The notes under the pieces were generated by a model, which was not told the DNA's origin, did no database searches, and was given only the letters and a program-made list of their open reading frames with translations. Below, piece after piece: positions 33,230 through 45,579 of a stretch of 64,000 nt of DNA. Positions within the stretch are counted from its first letter, which is position 1, and every line of letters starts with the position of its first letter. This DNA comes from Candidatus Bathyarchaeota archaeon (GTDB lineage Archaea > Thermoproteota > Bathyarchaeia > Bathyarchaeales > DTEX01). The position numbers and the translations under genes are program-made. The stretch covers positions 222,034 through 286,033 of the forward strand of contig CAVQNT010000003.1 in NCBI GenBank assembly GCA_963714275.1. Direction: 5' to 3'.

Positions 33230-35307
33230 TTATTCATATTCTATTGTTAACATACGGAATGTCCGCAACTTTGGGACTTTCATACTCACGTATTCCCCTT
33301 TTTGTTTGAACGGAATGGTCCTGCCGTTTGGTTGAGACGATATTTTTAGGGTTTTTCCTTTAACCCTTACTTTTAATTGAACATTGTTGACTGGTATGTT
33401 CGGCATTCCGATTTCGGATTGAAAGTTAACAATGTTGACCAGGTATCTTCTTTCGTCAGGCTTGTGAAACAAGACGATTTCTGTGCATCCAGGGGTTACG
33501 GCTTCGAAGGAGAAAGGTTCTTTGGCTAAGAATCTTATGATGTTCGCAATTATGTTTCTGTGCTTAATCGATTTAGTGGCGAATGTTTCTATTGATGCTG
33601 ATGACCAAAGTATGTTTCCTTTTTTAAACTTTTTGTAGATCATCGCAGGAAAATCCGTAGGGATTCCTGGCGGGTTAGAATGGATGGACGCAAACTTTGT
33701 GGAATCATCAGGATTAGTGTAAGGTAACGTAATTGTCGCTAACGCGTCCTTTTTCGGTTCATGATTGACTTTTATTTGCGAATCTGAAATTGACAATGGA
33801 TGTTTTCCCGTGATCTCCGGGAAGAGCGTTTTACCCTTCGATGTTGGCGAAATGTAGGTTGTCTTTTCCTGTGTTTCTTCCAAAGCAGAAACGTCAAACA
33901 TTTCTGACAGTTTCGATTTCAACGAAAACTTACTAGCGTATACACTTCCTCCAGCAGCCACATAATTTTTCATGGCGTCCGCTTCCTCGTCAGACAATCT
34001 CAGAATATTCGGCAACATCACAACTTGGTGGCGCGATAACTCATCCAGATTCTTCTCGGTGATGACGCCGAAGGGAATGTGTTCGGTTCTCAACGTTTCT
34101 ACGCAGCCTAACGCTGCGTCCACATGCGGCAGAGTTCGGGCATATTCTTCGAGGACCTCTGGCGAAGGCTTTTTCCCATTCTCGGCAAAGTTCATCTTAG
34201 AGTTAAAACTGAAATAAATTGCAACGTCTTGGCAGAGTTCTCCTCCTAGATATTTTTCGTAATTACTTATTTCGTTGTATATGTCGCCTATGATGCGGTA
34301 TCTTCTTTTTTCCAAAGTGCCTGTCGGATCGATGGCGTCAATGATTAAGAATGCACCGTTGTGGGCGATTGTCAGGAAAGCTTGGGCTTCAATCAGTTCC
34401 TTAGGTTTCATCGTAGTGTGGTCATGCAGTCGGGGAAAACAGATCGAAGTGGAAAACGCGAATGGCATGTTTCGGGTAAGATTAAGAAAAAGTTTACAGA
34501 CGAAAGATTGCTGTAAGGCTCCACCATAAAAATCGCCATCAACAAAATCACACTGTTCCGCTAAAAGGGAAGTTACGCCGTAACTCCATTTGGCAGGCAG
34601 AGTTGAGGTTTGATGCTCAACCGTGGCTTTGGGCTTGTATTTTTTGACCGCGGAAGTAACCACCGCCGCAAACTCGCTAGCCATACTTCCCGTTTATTCT
34701 GAAACTTAGTCCAGTACGGATCGTCCCAATTGATTGTCGCGGGAAGATTATCTCCTTCTTCCTGCATGTACCTTTTTTTGCAGTTTGGGCAATAGCAGAC
34801 AACAGGCCAGAACGTCATGTCGAAGAAGATTCCTTCAAAATCGTAGTATCGGCACAGTTCCCCGATTTGGTCTAAAACAAACTTTCGGTATTCAGAGTTG
34901 GGGCAGCAGACACCGTAGCGTCCGTCTTGTCCCGGTTTTTCTCTCGACGTTTTTCCGTTTACGTCCATTATTCGCCATTCGGGATGCTGTTCGTAAGCCC
35001 AGTTGTTATAGATTAAGCTGTAATAAATGATTACGTCGATCCCTTCTTTGTGGCATAAGCCGATTACGGAGCCGAGGAAGTCTTTTCCCTTCAGTTCCCT
35101 GTGCATGTGACCCGTCTTTGTTGGCCAGTAACAGTAGCCCACATGCGAGTTTGCGTAAACCATGGCTGATTTTACGTTTGCGACTTTTAACATTTCCACG
35201 TATTTTTTCGGGTCAAGTTGAGACAGGAACCCTTCGTCCCAGTCCTCGATGTGCATGTCCACAAGGGTTCTTCGATAGCTGTCCCTGAACCACGCTTTCT
35301 CCTTCAT
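33230..35307 (-). CDS. Glycoside hydrolase-like protein (alpha-fucosidase/GH42-like TIM barrel plus trimerisation domain; frameshift near 34678)
   Basis: RRTLVDMHI, ANSHVG.CYWPTK, CPNS.YR and GIFFDM motifs; C-terminal class I GAT-like domain. Confidence 0.75.
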
Positions 35308-35466
35308 AGTTCTTCCCGCTGGATGACCATAATTTAGGCATGAAAATTAATAAGATTTCCACTTCGCCCTTAAAGGCGCATCACACAATTGAAAGCGTTT
35401 CTTCAAAAACAATTTGCTTTCGTTTGTCTGTAACCGAAAAAGCTGATTCAGGCTAATGCTGTCTGA

Positions 35467-35679
35467 CTATTCAGTTTTGGATTGGTCCTCTTTGTCTTCT
35501 TCGAGCTCCAGAATGACGGGTCCCACGTAACCACAGTCATAGCATACGTACTGTTTCGGGGTCAGCCACATGTCAAACTTGCTTGAAAGTTTAATGTTTG
35601 CACTTCCGCATCTGGGGTAGACTTCAACCTTCACGGGTCGTTGACGCCGCGTAGCGGTCTTTCCACGCGTGGAACTCAA
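35467..35679 (-). CDS. Small zinc-ribbon protein
   Basis: PRCGS...YVCYDCGYVGP. Confidence 0.65.
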   Translation of the reverse strand: MSSTRGKTATRRQRPVKVEVYPRCGSANIKLSSKFDMWLTPKQYVCYDCGYVGPVILELEEDKEDQSKTE

Positions 35680-35717
35680 CTCTTGAGGCTTCCTTAACCT
35701 ACGGGCTTCTTTGGATT

Positions 35718-36026
35718 CTATTGTACTTCAATATTCTCTATAGGGTATCCTGTTTGGACAAGGAAGATGTTTACTCTCTCTCTCTGGTCGCCTTGAAGAA
35801 GAATCTGGCCGTTCTTTGCCGTTCCGCCACACGCGCAGAAGGTCTTCATTTTTTGTGCAAGTCTACTCAAGTTTGTTTCTTTGTTGTCCAGTCCTTCTAT
35901 GATGGTTATGGATCTGCGGTATTTTCGTGTTTCCGTGCGAACAAAAATTTTCTGTTGTTCTTTACTGATTTCGCCACAAACACAAATGTCCTTCGGAAGC
36001 CCGCATATCGGACATATTTCAACCAT
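35718..36026 (-). CDS. sui1: Translation initiation factor aIF-1 (SUI1)
   Basis: CPICGLPKDICVC, CACGGTAK and LQGD motifs. Confidence 0.95.
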   Translation of the reverse strand: MVEICPICGLPKDICVCGEISKEQQKIFVRTETRKYRRSITIIEGLDNKETNLSRLAQKMKTFCACGGTAKNGQILLQGDQRERVNIFLVQTGYPIENIEVQ

Positions 36027-36108
36027 TATTTTTTTCTAGGCTCCTTGTATGGCTAAACACAACAATAAATTTGGGCATATTTAAGACTTTAGGAAAGTGT
36101 CATTTGGC

Positions 36109-37317
36109 TTATTCTGAGGAAGGAAGATGGCTGAGCTGGCTTAAAACAAAGTTATGCATGTCCTTAGGGCTCAGCAAATCAGCTACTATCCTGCCATTCA
36201 TAACAAGCGGTTCAAGTAAAGCCACGGTCTCGCTGTTGCACACTGGGCATTTCGACTTAGGTTCAGAAAAAGGCAAGACAGCGTCAACGAAACATGACGG
36301 GCACCGCCAAACCTGTTTTTTGCCACTAAGTTTTCCTCGTTTGGCTGCAAGTTTTCCTTCAACTTCCACAATGTCCAACGCGAAATCCACAGTCGAAGCG
36401 TTGCTGATTGACGTTCCAACCCCGAAAGCATCTGCACCAGCTTCGCCAAGAGTTTTCACGCTCTTTTCATCCAGCCCACCTGAAACAAAAATTTTAACAT
36501 GCTTGAAGCCTCGGACATCCAGTTCCCATCTGACCTCCCGAACTATCTCAGCGAGGTCGCCCTTCCTCGACCGAGGCGTATCAAGACGGACAGCTGCTAA
36601 ACGGTCCTTCAAAACTTCAGCAGCCATTATCGCTTCAGCCTTCTCGTCATAATAGGTGTCTACAAGGCACACTCTAGGCACTTCTGGAGAAATCACCTCG
36701 TCGAAGGCCTTCCAAGCCGCAACCTGTCCGCCCATCACTATGATGAGAGCATGAGGCATCGTTCCACTCGGTTCAATCCCAACTGTCTCAGCACCAATAA
36801 GGCTTGAGACCCCGTCAAGTCCACCTATATACGAGGCTCTGTCAAGCATAGGAGCAATCGCGGGATGCATCCTCCTTACACCGAAGGCTAGAACAGGCTT
36901 GTCTTTCGCAGCTAACCGTATTCGGGCTGATTTTGTAGCCACACCTGTAGACTGGCATACCAGACCAAGCATAGGCGTTTCTAAGACGCAAAACTCGCCG
37001 TAAGGTCCTTCGACGAACATGACGGGTTCCCTGAAGCCCCTTCGGTCGTGGGAAAAGAAGATGGTTCCTTCACGCATCGCATAAACGTTCACCGGGTATC
37101 CCTGATAAAGGCGTGCGACCTCTTCGGTCCCGCATAAGACTCCCCAAGGCCAATTTTCTGGAAGGCTGCCCGTCGTAACCTCAGCGACAACGTGCAATTT
37201 GTCCTTCCCTTTTGCCTTTAGAATCTGTCTGGTCCGTTCAAAATATATGTCGGTGGTCTTCCCCTGCTTGATTTCTTCATCATTTGCAGTGTGAAAAAGC
37301 CGCATAATCCTCACCAA
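36109..37317 (-). CDS. pncB: Nicotinate phosphoribosyltransferase
   Basis: TDIYF, FGVRR, GTMPH, VRLDT, SGGL and FGVGT motifs. Confidence 0.93.
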   Translation of the reverse strand: MVRIMRLFHTANDEEIKQGKTTDIYFERTRQILKAKGKDKLHVVAEVTTGSLPENWPWGVLCGTEEVARLYQGYPVNVYAMREGTIFFSHDRRGFREPVMFVEGPYGEFCVLETPMLGLVCQSTGVATKSARIRLAAKDKPVLAFGVRRMHPAIAPMLDRASYIGGLDGVSSLIGAETVGIEPSGTMPHALIIVMGGQVAAWKAFDEVISPEVPRVCLVDTYYDEKAEAIMAAEVLKDRLAAVRLDTPRSRKGDLAEIVREVRWELDVRGFKHVKIFVSGGLDEKSVKTLGEAGADAFGVGTSISNASTVDFALDIVEVEGKLAAKRGKLSGKKQVWRCPSCFVDAVLPFSEPKSKCPVCNSETVALLEPLVMNGRIVADLLSPKDMHNFVLSQLSHLPSSE

Positions 37318-37455
37318 TAATAAATTAGTGCAGAACGAATAAGAAACCTTTTCGCTATGCCTATTTAAGATATCTTAATCAAACGTGTCTTAAGAATAAC
37401 TAATGGATGATGTTGAGAACATCACTTTGGTATGAGCAAAAATACTTGATGGCAC

Positions 37456-38030
37456 TCAAGAACTTGAAGCATCGTCTGCCTTAAGCTTTTTCAGCAACCA
37501 AGCCAAATTCTTTCCAAAGTTTTTAACGGTGTTGATTCCTTCTTCGTCTGTTAGGACGTCTCCCTTCGAGCGTCCGAAGGTAATGTTCCAATATGATGAG
37601 CCAGGAACAATCATCTCCTGGATCATGAAGAAGAACATTAGTTGAGCGAAGGTGAAGTTTTGTCCACTCTGCGTGCCACAACAATCGGTCCGCCAACCTT
37701 GTATCTCAAGGGCTTTCCATGCTTTGAATAAAATCTGCTGATGAGGCTGACGATTTGTGGTGAAGCTGCACCATAATAAACGGGGGAAGCAAGAATTATG
37801 CCGTCAGCCTCCACTATCTTAGCATAAATAACCTCAAAGTCATCCGAAAAATGGCATTTACCAGTCTCCAAGCAACCTCGACAGCCGTCGCAAGCTTCAA
37901 TCTTCTTGCCTGCTAGGCTGATTAGTTCGGTTTCAATTCCTTCTTTTTGTATTTCTTCTAATGCTATGTTAGTCAGTATCTCGGTGTTTCCGCCTGGTCT
38001 TGCACTGCCAACGATGCCTACAACTTTCAT
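37456..38030 (-). CDS. Iron-sulfur flavoprotein / flavodoxin family (frameshift near 37667)
   Basis: GSARPGGNT, CDGCRGC...C, ASPVYYG and GSSYWN. Confidence 0.87.
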
Positions 38031-38089
38031 TATTGATCCGTCCTGATTTTTGTAAAAGACCACTAAACCTAAGAAAGATTATAGGTTCC

Positions 38090-39010
38090 CTATGCTTCTC
38101 CGCAAAGCGTTGATACTCGTTTCCAGTTCTGGTCTGCCCATTGCTTGAGAGCTTCAAGGTCTTTCTGGAACTGTGGCTGGAACAAATGCCTAAATCGTCC
38201 CTGCGGCTGAAGGAATTCAACGATTGGCTTCGGGTTCGGCACCTTGATGTTCAGCTTGTATTTGCCTTTTTCAACTTCGTAAACTGGCCAGTAACGGGTT
38301 TGAACAGCGAGTCTTGCCAGTTCGATGCTTTTTTCAGAATCGTGCCTCATGCCAAGCGGACAAGGCGAAAACACGTGCAGGACAGCTGGACCCTTAACCT
38401 CTAAGCCTTTTTGGACCTTGGTTATGTAGTCGTTCCAGTACGCAGGCGAAGCGGTCGCAGCATAATCGATTCCGTGGGCTACGCAGATTCCGATGAAGTC
38501 TTTTTTGAACTCCGGTTTGCCGGGAATCTTGGTTCCAGCTGGGCTGGTTGTTGTTGCAGCTCCATGCGGGGTTGCTCCGGACCTTTGGATGCCAGTGTTC
38601 ATGTACGCTTCGTTGTCGTAGCAAATGTACAGGAAGTCGTGACCTCTTTCAAGGGCTCCAGAGAGAGCTTGGATTCCGATGTCGAAGGTTCCGCCGTCCC
38701 CTCCGAACGCGATGATGTCAACGTCCTTGTTCCAAGCGTTCCTCCTAGCCATGGCTTTGTAGGCGGCCTCAATTCCTGAAGCAACAGCTGCAGCGTTTTC
38801 GAAGGCAACGTGAACCCATGGAATGTTCCACGACGTGAACGGGTAAATTGTCGACGCGACCTCAAGGCATCCCGTAGCGTTAACCGCCACTGTGGGTTTT
38901 CTTAAAGCCTTAAGGGTCATCCTCGCTATGATTCCTGCTCCGCATCCAGCGCAAAGTCTGTGCCCGGACGTAAACTTTTCTTCGGTTGTTAGTTCTTGCA
39001 GTTTAACCAT
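38090..39010 (-). CDS. porB: Pyruvate/2-oxoacid:ferredoxin oxidoreductase beta subunit
   Basis: GHRLCAGC, GGDGG..DIG, DNEAYMNTG and SPCP. Confidence 0.93.
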   Translation of the reverse strand: MVKLQELTTEEKFTSGHRLCAGCGAGIIARMTLKALRKPTVAVNATGCLEVASTIYPFTSWNIPWVHVAFENAAAVASGIEAAYKAMARRNAWNKDVDIIAFGGDGGTFDIGIQALSGALERGHDFLYICYDNEAYMNTGIQRSGATPHGAATTTSPAGTKIPGKPEFKKDFIGICVAHGIDYAATASPAYWNDYITKVQKGLEVKGPAVLHVFSPCPLGMRHDSEKSIELARLAVQTRYWPVYEVEKGKYKLNIKVPNPKPIVEFLQPQGRFRHLFQPQFQKDLEALKQWADQNWKRVSTLCGEA

Positions 39011-40189
39011 TATTCTCTCACTCCAACGAACTTTAACGGTTCCTTAACCGCTCCGGTCTTTGCGACTTCGAGGGCTTCGTTAAAGATTGCCTCAATGTCA
39101 GAAGGCGTGATGTCTCTTCCCCCCAGCCCATAGACAATGTTGAATGCCTTAAGTTTCTTCCCGTTTTCGAAAAGTGTCGATAAAGTATCGCTGCCCAAGG
39201 CGCCGTAAGGAGCACCGGGACTGTAAGCACGGTCCAAAACCGCTATTGCTTTAAGTTTCTCCATGGCTTTCAACAGTTGTTCAGACGGGAAGGGTCTGTA
39301 AACCCAAGGTTTTATGACACCCACCTTTTTGTCTTGGCTGCGGAGTTCTTTGGCGACTGCCTTCGCTGTTCCAGCTGTGCTTCCTAGGCAGAGGATTGCT
39401 GCTTCAGCGTCTTCGAGACCGTAGGTGTCTATGTAGCTGTATTTTTTGCCAGTTAAGGTTTCGAACTCCTTGTTGACCTTGTTTATGACTTTAAACGTTT
39501 GTTCGAGGGCTTCTGCTTGTTGACGTTTCGTCTCGAAATAGTAGTCAGTGAAACACAACGCTCCAATCGTGACTGGTTTATCCGGGTTGCAGCTCAACAT
39601 TTGGTTTCCTTACTGAAAGAAACTTATCTACATCTTTGTCATCGTAGACCTCAACTCTTTCTAACGCGTGCGTCAAGATGAAACCGTCAATGTTCACGGT
39701 CACAGGAAGCAAAACATCGTGGTCCTCAGCAATCCTGAACGACTGCAACACCCAGTCGTAGGCTTCCTGCGCGTTTTCGCAGTAAATCTGTATCCAACCG
39801 CAGTCTCTTGAACCCATCATGTCCGAATGGTCGCCATGAATGTTGATCGGAGCGGAAAGCGCCCGGTTCGCGACTCCCATGACGATTGGGCATCGAAGAC
39901 CAGAAGCGATGTAGAGCATTTCATGCATCAAAGCCAGCCCTTGGCTTGAAGAGGCTGTGAAAACCCTTGCGCCTGTTAGGCTTGAACCTATGCAGGCGGA
40001 CATTGCTGAGTGTTCAGATTCTACGCAGACGAATTCGGAGTGAACTTCGCCGTTGTGGACGTATTCGCTGAAGGCTTCCACAATTATCGTTTGGGGAGTA
40101 ATCGGGTATGCTGCTACGACGTCCACTTTACTTTGTTTGGCAGCGTAGGCTATAGCTTCATCGCCCGTTAAACCCATTACTTGAGCCAT
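39010..40189 (-). CDS. porA: Pyruvate/2-oxoacid:ferredoxin oxidoreductase alpha subunit (frameshift near 39590)
   Basis: YPITPQT, ESEHSA, SSQGL, RPFP and GLGGRD. Confidence 0.93.
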
Positions 40190-40190
40190 T

Positions 40191-40496
40191 TTACCTTTTC
40201 TCCTCCGTCATTGTTATTGCTTTAACAGGACATTCGTTGGCGCATATGCCACAGCCTTTACAGTAATCGTAGTTAACGTCAACAAACTTTTCCTTCCTGA
40301 TAATAGCAGCGTCAGGGCAGAAAATCCAGCAGAGAAGACAGTTTATGCATTTACCTTGGTCAACATTCGGTTTAAAGGCACGCCAGTCCCCGGTTTTATA
40401 TTTCATCGCAGAACCCGGTTCGAAAAGTATTCCGCCTATGGGCATCGACTTCCATCCTGGTTTAGCTGTTTTACTCAACGCTTGTTGCCTCCTCAT
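40191..40496 (-). CDS. porD: 2-oxoacid:ferredoxin oxidoreductase delta subunit (2x[4Fe-4S]; start approximate)
   Basis: TGDWR, CINCLLC..CP and CKGCGIC..CP. Confidence 0.92.
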   Translation of the reverse strand: MRRQQALSKTAKPGWKSMPIGGILFEPGSAMKYKTGDWRAFKPNVDQGKCINCLLCWIFCPDAAIIRKEKFVDVNYDYCKGCGICANECPVKAITMTEEKR

Positions 40497-41028
40497 AGAC
40501 TCTCTTTATGACTGCAACGTTCTTTTCTCCAACGGCGCCTGGAAAACGTTCCTTAACAACCTTGTCTAGGGATTCCATTTTCACGAGTGGAGACGCTTTG
40601 ACAAGGGCTCCGAGCATCGCCGTGTTATAGATTGGTCTACCCAAAACATCGAGGGCGATCCTTACAGCATTTACCGTGTAGACCTTGGCTTTTTCAATTT
40701 TCAAAGACTGTTTCAGTTCAGCCACAGTTTTTTCCGTGTTCGCCACAACAATTCCGTCCTTCACCAATCCTCCGGTAACGTCAACCGTGCCAATCAGTGT
40801 AGGGTCAACTATGACCACGATGTCAGGAGTGTAAATGTGGCTGTGAATGGTTATCGGTTCGTCAGAAATTCGCGTATACCCAGTCACAGGTGCCCCCCTC
40901 CGCTCAGGACCGAACTCGGGAAAAGCCTGAACGTACTTTCCGTCGAGAAGAGCCGCGTATGCTAATAAACGGCTAACGGTGACGATGCCTTGTCCGCCTC
41001 TGCCGTGCCATCGAACTTCAACCAGCAA
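40471..41028 (-). CDS. porG: 2-oxoacid:ferredoxin oxidoreductase gamma subunit
   Basis: HGRGGQG and FGPERRGAP. Confidence 0.93.
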   Translation of the reverse strand: MLVEVRWHGRGGQGIVTVSRLLAYAALLDGKYVQAFPEFGPERRGAPVTGYTRISDEPITIHSHIYTPDIVVIVDPTLIGTVDVTGGLVKDGIVVANTEKTVAELKQSLKIEKAKVYTVNAVRIALDVLGRPIYNTAMLGALVKASPLVKMESLDKVVKERFPGAVGEKNVAVIKRVYEEATSVE

Positions 41029-41097
41029 CCGTATGCCTCCGTAAAAACTATTTCAAATTAAATTTGTGGTATTTTCATTAGAAAGGAGCTTATAACT

Positions 41098-42273
41098 CTA
41101 CCTAAAGTTCCCATCCGACGACGAAGGTTTTCTGAAAAGTAGCTGAACAAAAATAACAGCCAAGCTAAGAAAGAATCCGAAAAGGTAAGGAGCAGTAATT
41201 GAAAATTCCGACACAATTCCTCCGATTAATGGACCAGCAAAATATCCGAAACCTAATAAGCTTTCAAAAATCCCAGCAGCACGACCTCTCGAGGTTTCCC
41301 ACCTTCCTAAAACTAAAGCTATTGAAGCAGCGTAAGCCAAACCTCCTCCAACGCCAATTAGGGTAAAACAAAGCACATAAAGAGGAAAAGTGTTGCTGAG
41401 GGCTGTCAAAAGTGAAGCCACGCCGAGGAACAGCGAGCCAAGAAGAAATAAGCCTGTTTTTCCAATTTTGGATTCTAATCTATTCGACTGGCTGAAAGTA
41501 ACGACTCTAGCCGCTCCGAAAGCGAACATTATCCAGCCTATGTTGAGGGCTGAGATTTCAAGTTCAGACGCGTACGCTGGGAAAAGGGTCAGGGCTATGC
41601 CTTCCACAGAGGAGAAAAGAAAGATGGATGCAATCACAGAAACGAGTGGATACTTTTTGTTTTCAGCATTTTTCGGTTTAACCTCAACATGAATTTTTGG
41701 CTCAGGTTTCTTCTCTGGTTCTTTCAGTATAATGAGGCTTAATGCTCCGAAAATGGTTGATAAAAACAAAGAGAAAATGAATGGCGCCTTAATTGACCAA
41801 ACTGTAATCAAAAAACCTCCGACAAGGGGACCAATGACCATGGCTGATCCCCATGAGAGGTTGAACCTTCTCAGCGTCTCCTCAAGCCCTAGTTCACCTG
41901 AGTCCGCTAATAGGGATTCAACAGCAGGCCAGAAGATGGCAACGGACGACCACTCTAAAATCTTGACGAAAACAAGCATGGATGCTTCCTCAGTGAAATA
42001 ATACAAAAGGCATGAACAACCGTATAGAACCAACGCAGCGAAAACAAAGACTCTTCTTCTCATCCTGTCGCACAATGTTCCTGCTACAAATGGCAGAAAT
42101 GAGTAGACCAAGCCTCCGGCTGAGCCGATTAATCCAACCAGCAATATTGAGGCTTTTAGAGATTCAGCGTAGATCGGGACGGTTACGGTGACTGCGCCTA
42201 CCATCATTTGGCATGTGAAAGAGACCACGAAGAGAAACGTCAAAGAGCCTTTTTTTAGGCTGTAATTGCCCAC
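41098..42273 (-). CDS. MFS transporter
   Basis: About 12 TM segments; G.LCDRM.RR motif A. Confidence 0.88.
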   Translation of the reverse strand: MGNYSLKKGSLTFLFVVSFTCQMMVGAVTVTVPIYAESLKASILLVGLIGSAGGLVYSFLPFVAGTLCDRMRRRVFVFAALVLYGCSCLLYYFTEEASMLVFVKILEWSSVAIFWPAVESLLADSGELGLEETLRRFNLSWGSAMVIGPLVGGFLITVWSIKAPFIFSLFLSTIFGALSLIILKEPEKKPEPKIHVEVKPKNAENKKYPLVSVIASIFLFSSVEGIALTLFPAYASELEISALNIGWIMFAFGAARVVTFSQSNRLESKIGKTGLFLLGSLFLGVASLLTALSNTFPLYVLCFTLIGVGGGLAYAASIALVLGRWETSRGRAAGIFESLLGFGYFAGPLIGGIVSEFSITAPYLFGFFLSLAVIFVQLLFRKPSSSDGNFR

Positions 42274-42407
42274 GGTATCACATCGAATGGAAGGATAACT
42301 GTGGACTAATAAAAAATCCTATCGTATAAAATGAACACAATCAATGTTAAGCATGAATTCAAAAGACAAAAAAAACTAAACAAAAAAGGGGGTTGGGGAA
42401 TTACGGT

Positions 42408-44076
42408 TTAGTCGAATTCTCCGCCGCTGCCATATTCGCCTCCACCCATGCCTCCTGAGCCTCCAGGACCTCCAGGCGGAGTTGGTGGAGCCTTCATTTT
42501 GCTAGCAGCGATAATGTCGTCGATCTTCAGTATCATACAGGCTGCTTCTGTGGCTGACTTTATGATTTGTTTCTTGACAGCTAACGGCTCGTAGACGTTC
42601 TGTTTTTCCATGTCGCTGATTTTGTTTTCGAACACGTCGACGCCTGCCCACTTTTCGCCTTTTTCGTGCCGAGCTCTAAGGTCTGACACTATGTCAATCG
42701 GATCGAGCCCTGCGTTCTCACCGAGAGTCGTAGGCACACTTTCAACCGCGTCAGCGTAGCCCAAAACAGCTAATTGTTCCCTTCCAGGTAGTGTTTCAGC
42801 GAATTCTCTGAGAGCTCTAGCAACTTCTACTTCAGGTGAGCCACCGCCGACCACTATCTTAGGTTCCTGGACAACATCTCGGACTACACAAAGGGCGTCG
42901 TGGATGGATCTCTCTGCTTCGTCAACGATTCTTTCGGTTCCTCCGCGGATCAGTATAGCCACCGAACGGGGATTCTTGCATCCCTCAATAAACGTCATTT
43001 TGTCGTCGCCGATTTTTCTTTCCTCGACAATCGCAGCGTAGCCTAGATCTTTCTTTGTCATGTCCTGCAGGTTAGAAACTACTTTTCCTCCTGTGGCTTT
43101 AGCCAGCTTTTCCATGTCGGATTTCTTTGCTCTTCTTATAGCTACGATTCCTTTTCTGAGCTAAGAAGTGTTGGACCATGTCGTCTATGCCTTTTTGGCA
43201 AATCACGACGTTCGCTTCGGTTGCAGCTACCTTTTCGACCATGTCTCTGAGCATGTTTTCTTCTTCGTGGAGGAAGGCTTCCATCTGCTCTGGGGTTTCA
43301 ATGTTGATTTTGGCGTCAAACTCTGTTTTTTCTACTTCAAGTGCCATGTCTAACAGCGCGATTTTGGCTTTTTCGACACGTTTAGGCATGCCTGGATGGA
43401 CAACTTCCTTGTCTATAACTAAGCCTTTAATAAGTTTGGTGTCTGTGATTGATTCGCCAGGTTTCTTTTCAACCATGATGTCGTCTAGGTCCGCTCTGTA
43501 TTCTCCTCCGACCTTTTGTGCCACGTAAAGAATGGCGTCTACTGCTATGTCTGCCAGCATGTCGCGGTTTTCAGCCACTAGCTTACTTGCCATCGACGTC
43601 ATGGCAACTTTCTTTAATGGTTCTTTGTCGAGTGGTGATACTTGAATGGCAATTTTCTCTAGGGTCTCTAATGCTTTGTCAGCGGCTTTTCGGTAACCGT
43701 CTATTACCACGGTTGGATGAACGTTCTTGTTCAGAAGGTCCTCTGCCTTTGAGAGGAGTTCTCCAGCAACAATCACTGCTGTTGTTGTTCCGTCGCCGAC
43801 CTCGTCGTCTTGGGTCTTGGCAACCTCAACCATCATCTTTGCAGACTGGATGCTCGACATCAATTTCATCAAGTATGGTTCTTCCGTCACTGGTTATAGT
43901 AACGTCGCCCAGCTGTCAACAAGCATCTTGTCCATTCCTTTTGGTCCTAAAGTACTTTTCACAGCTTCCGCGATTACCTTAGCAGCCATGATGTTCGAGT
44001 GCAGTGCTTCTTTTCCCCTTGATCTTGAAGACCCCTCCTTCATTATTAAAACAGGTACTCCCTGTGTTGCAGCCAT
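42408..44076 (-). CDS. ths: Thermosome (group II chaperonin) subunit, split by three indels
   Basis: [29 protein letters not shown] and a GGM-rich tail. Confidence 0.95.
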
Positions 44077-44282
44077 AAAGATTCCTCTAATAACTTTTTT
44101 GTAACATAAAGAAAAATCCACGAAAATATATACTTTTCGTAGACAAACAGCAAAATCCCAATAAAGAACGTTTTTTTATAGAATTTTGAAAGAAACCGTT
44201 ATGTTAAAGTTAAGCAGCTGAGCTGTAAAGGAAGAAAACAAAGAAGATCGTTAAACTCAATTATTGTGACGTGTGTTGAGCC

Positions 44283-45558
44283 TTGAACTCTAGAGAACGC
44301 GTGTCGCTTGCATTGAACCATCAAGAACCAGACCGTGTCCCCCTTGATTTAGGTGCAAGCGCAGTCACTGGAATGCATGTGAGCACTGTCTATGCTTTGA
44401 GGCAAGCCTTGAAGCTGGACCCGCCTGAAACGCCTGTGATGGTCGTTGAACCTTACCAGATGCTGGGAGAGATAGCTCCCGACTTGATTAAAGCTTTAGG
44501 TGTTGACGTTGTTGGGTTAAGCAGCAAAGTAACAATGTTTGGATTCAGGAACGAGGGCTGGAAACGTTGGAGGCTGTCCGACGGAACTCCCGTTGTGGTT
44601 CCAGATAGATTCAACACGGCGCCTGATGCTGAAGGCAATGTCATGATGTATCCTCAGGGCGACAAGTCTGTGCCTCCATGTGCGAGAATGCCGAAAAACG
44701 GATTCTACTGCGACGCCCTTGACAGACAAAAACCGATCGACTGGGTAAACTTGGACGCATCTGATAATTTGGAGGAGTTCAGCTCCATTTCGAACGAAGA
44801 ACTAACCTATTATAGGAACGAGGCTGAGCGACTTTATGCGGAAACGGATAAAGTGTATATTTGCTGGTTTTGGCGGAACAGCTTTGGCGACATAGCCTCT
44901 TGTGCCAGGTCTGCAACTAAAGAATCCTAAGGGAATCAGAGGCGTCAAGGAATGGTACATGTGCCACGTTAGACGACCCGACTACATCCTGCAAGTCTTT
45001 GAACGCCAATGTGAAGTAGCGCTGAAAAATTTTGAAAAATTGTTTAAGGCTGTAGGAAACAAAGTTGCAGCAGTGTTTATTACGGGAACAGACTTTGGAA
45101 CCCAAAAGGGTCCCTTCATGTCAAATATTTCATATAGAAGGTTCTATAAGCCTTTTCATAAACGAATTAACGATTGGGTCCACGAAAACACTTCTTGGAA
45201 GACGTTCATGCATTCGTGCGGTTCCATAGAGCCGTTAATCACTGATATTATTGGGGCTGGATTCGACATTTTGAATCCTGTGCAAACCTCTGCCTCGAAT
45301 ATGGATCCTCGCATGCTTAAAGCCAAATATGGAGATAAGATAGTTTTTTGGGGTGGCGGAGTTGATACACAAAAAATTCTTCCCTTTGGCACGCCTAACC
45401 AAGTGAAAAAGGAAGTCCAGCAGCGTATCAGTATCTTTGCACCTGAAGGAGGTTTTATTTTCAACACCATCCACAATGTGCAGCCTAGAATACCAATTAA
45501 GAACGTCCTAGCAATGTATGATGCTGTTCGAAATTTTGGTTGGTACCGAATGAAGTAG
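44283..45558 (+). CDS. Uroporphyrinogen decarboxylase-family methyltransferase (MtaA/CmuA-like; indels near 44850-44900)
   Basis: HQEPDRVPLD, DFGTQ.GP, HSCG, NPVQ, FWGGGVD and HNVQ motifs. Confidence 0.87.
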
Positions 45559-45579
45559 GAATTTTTTGTTTGATTTTTT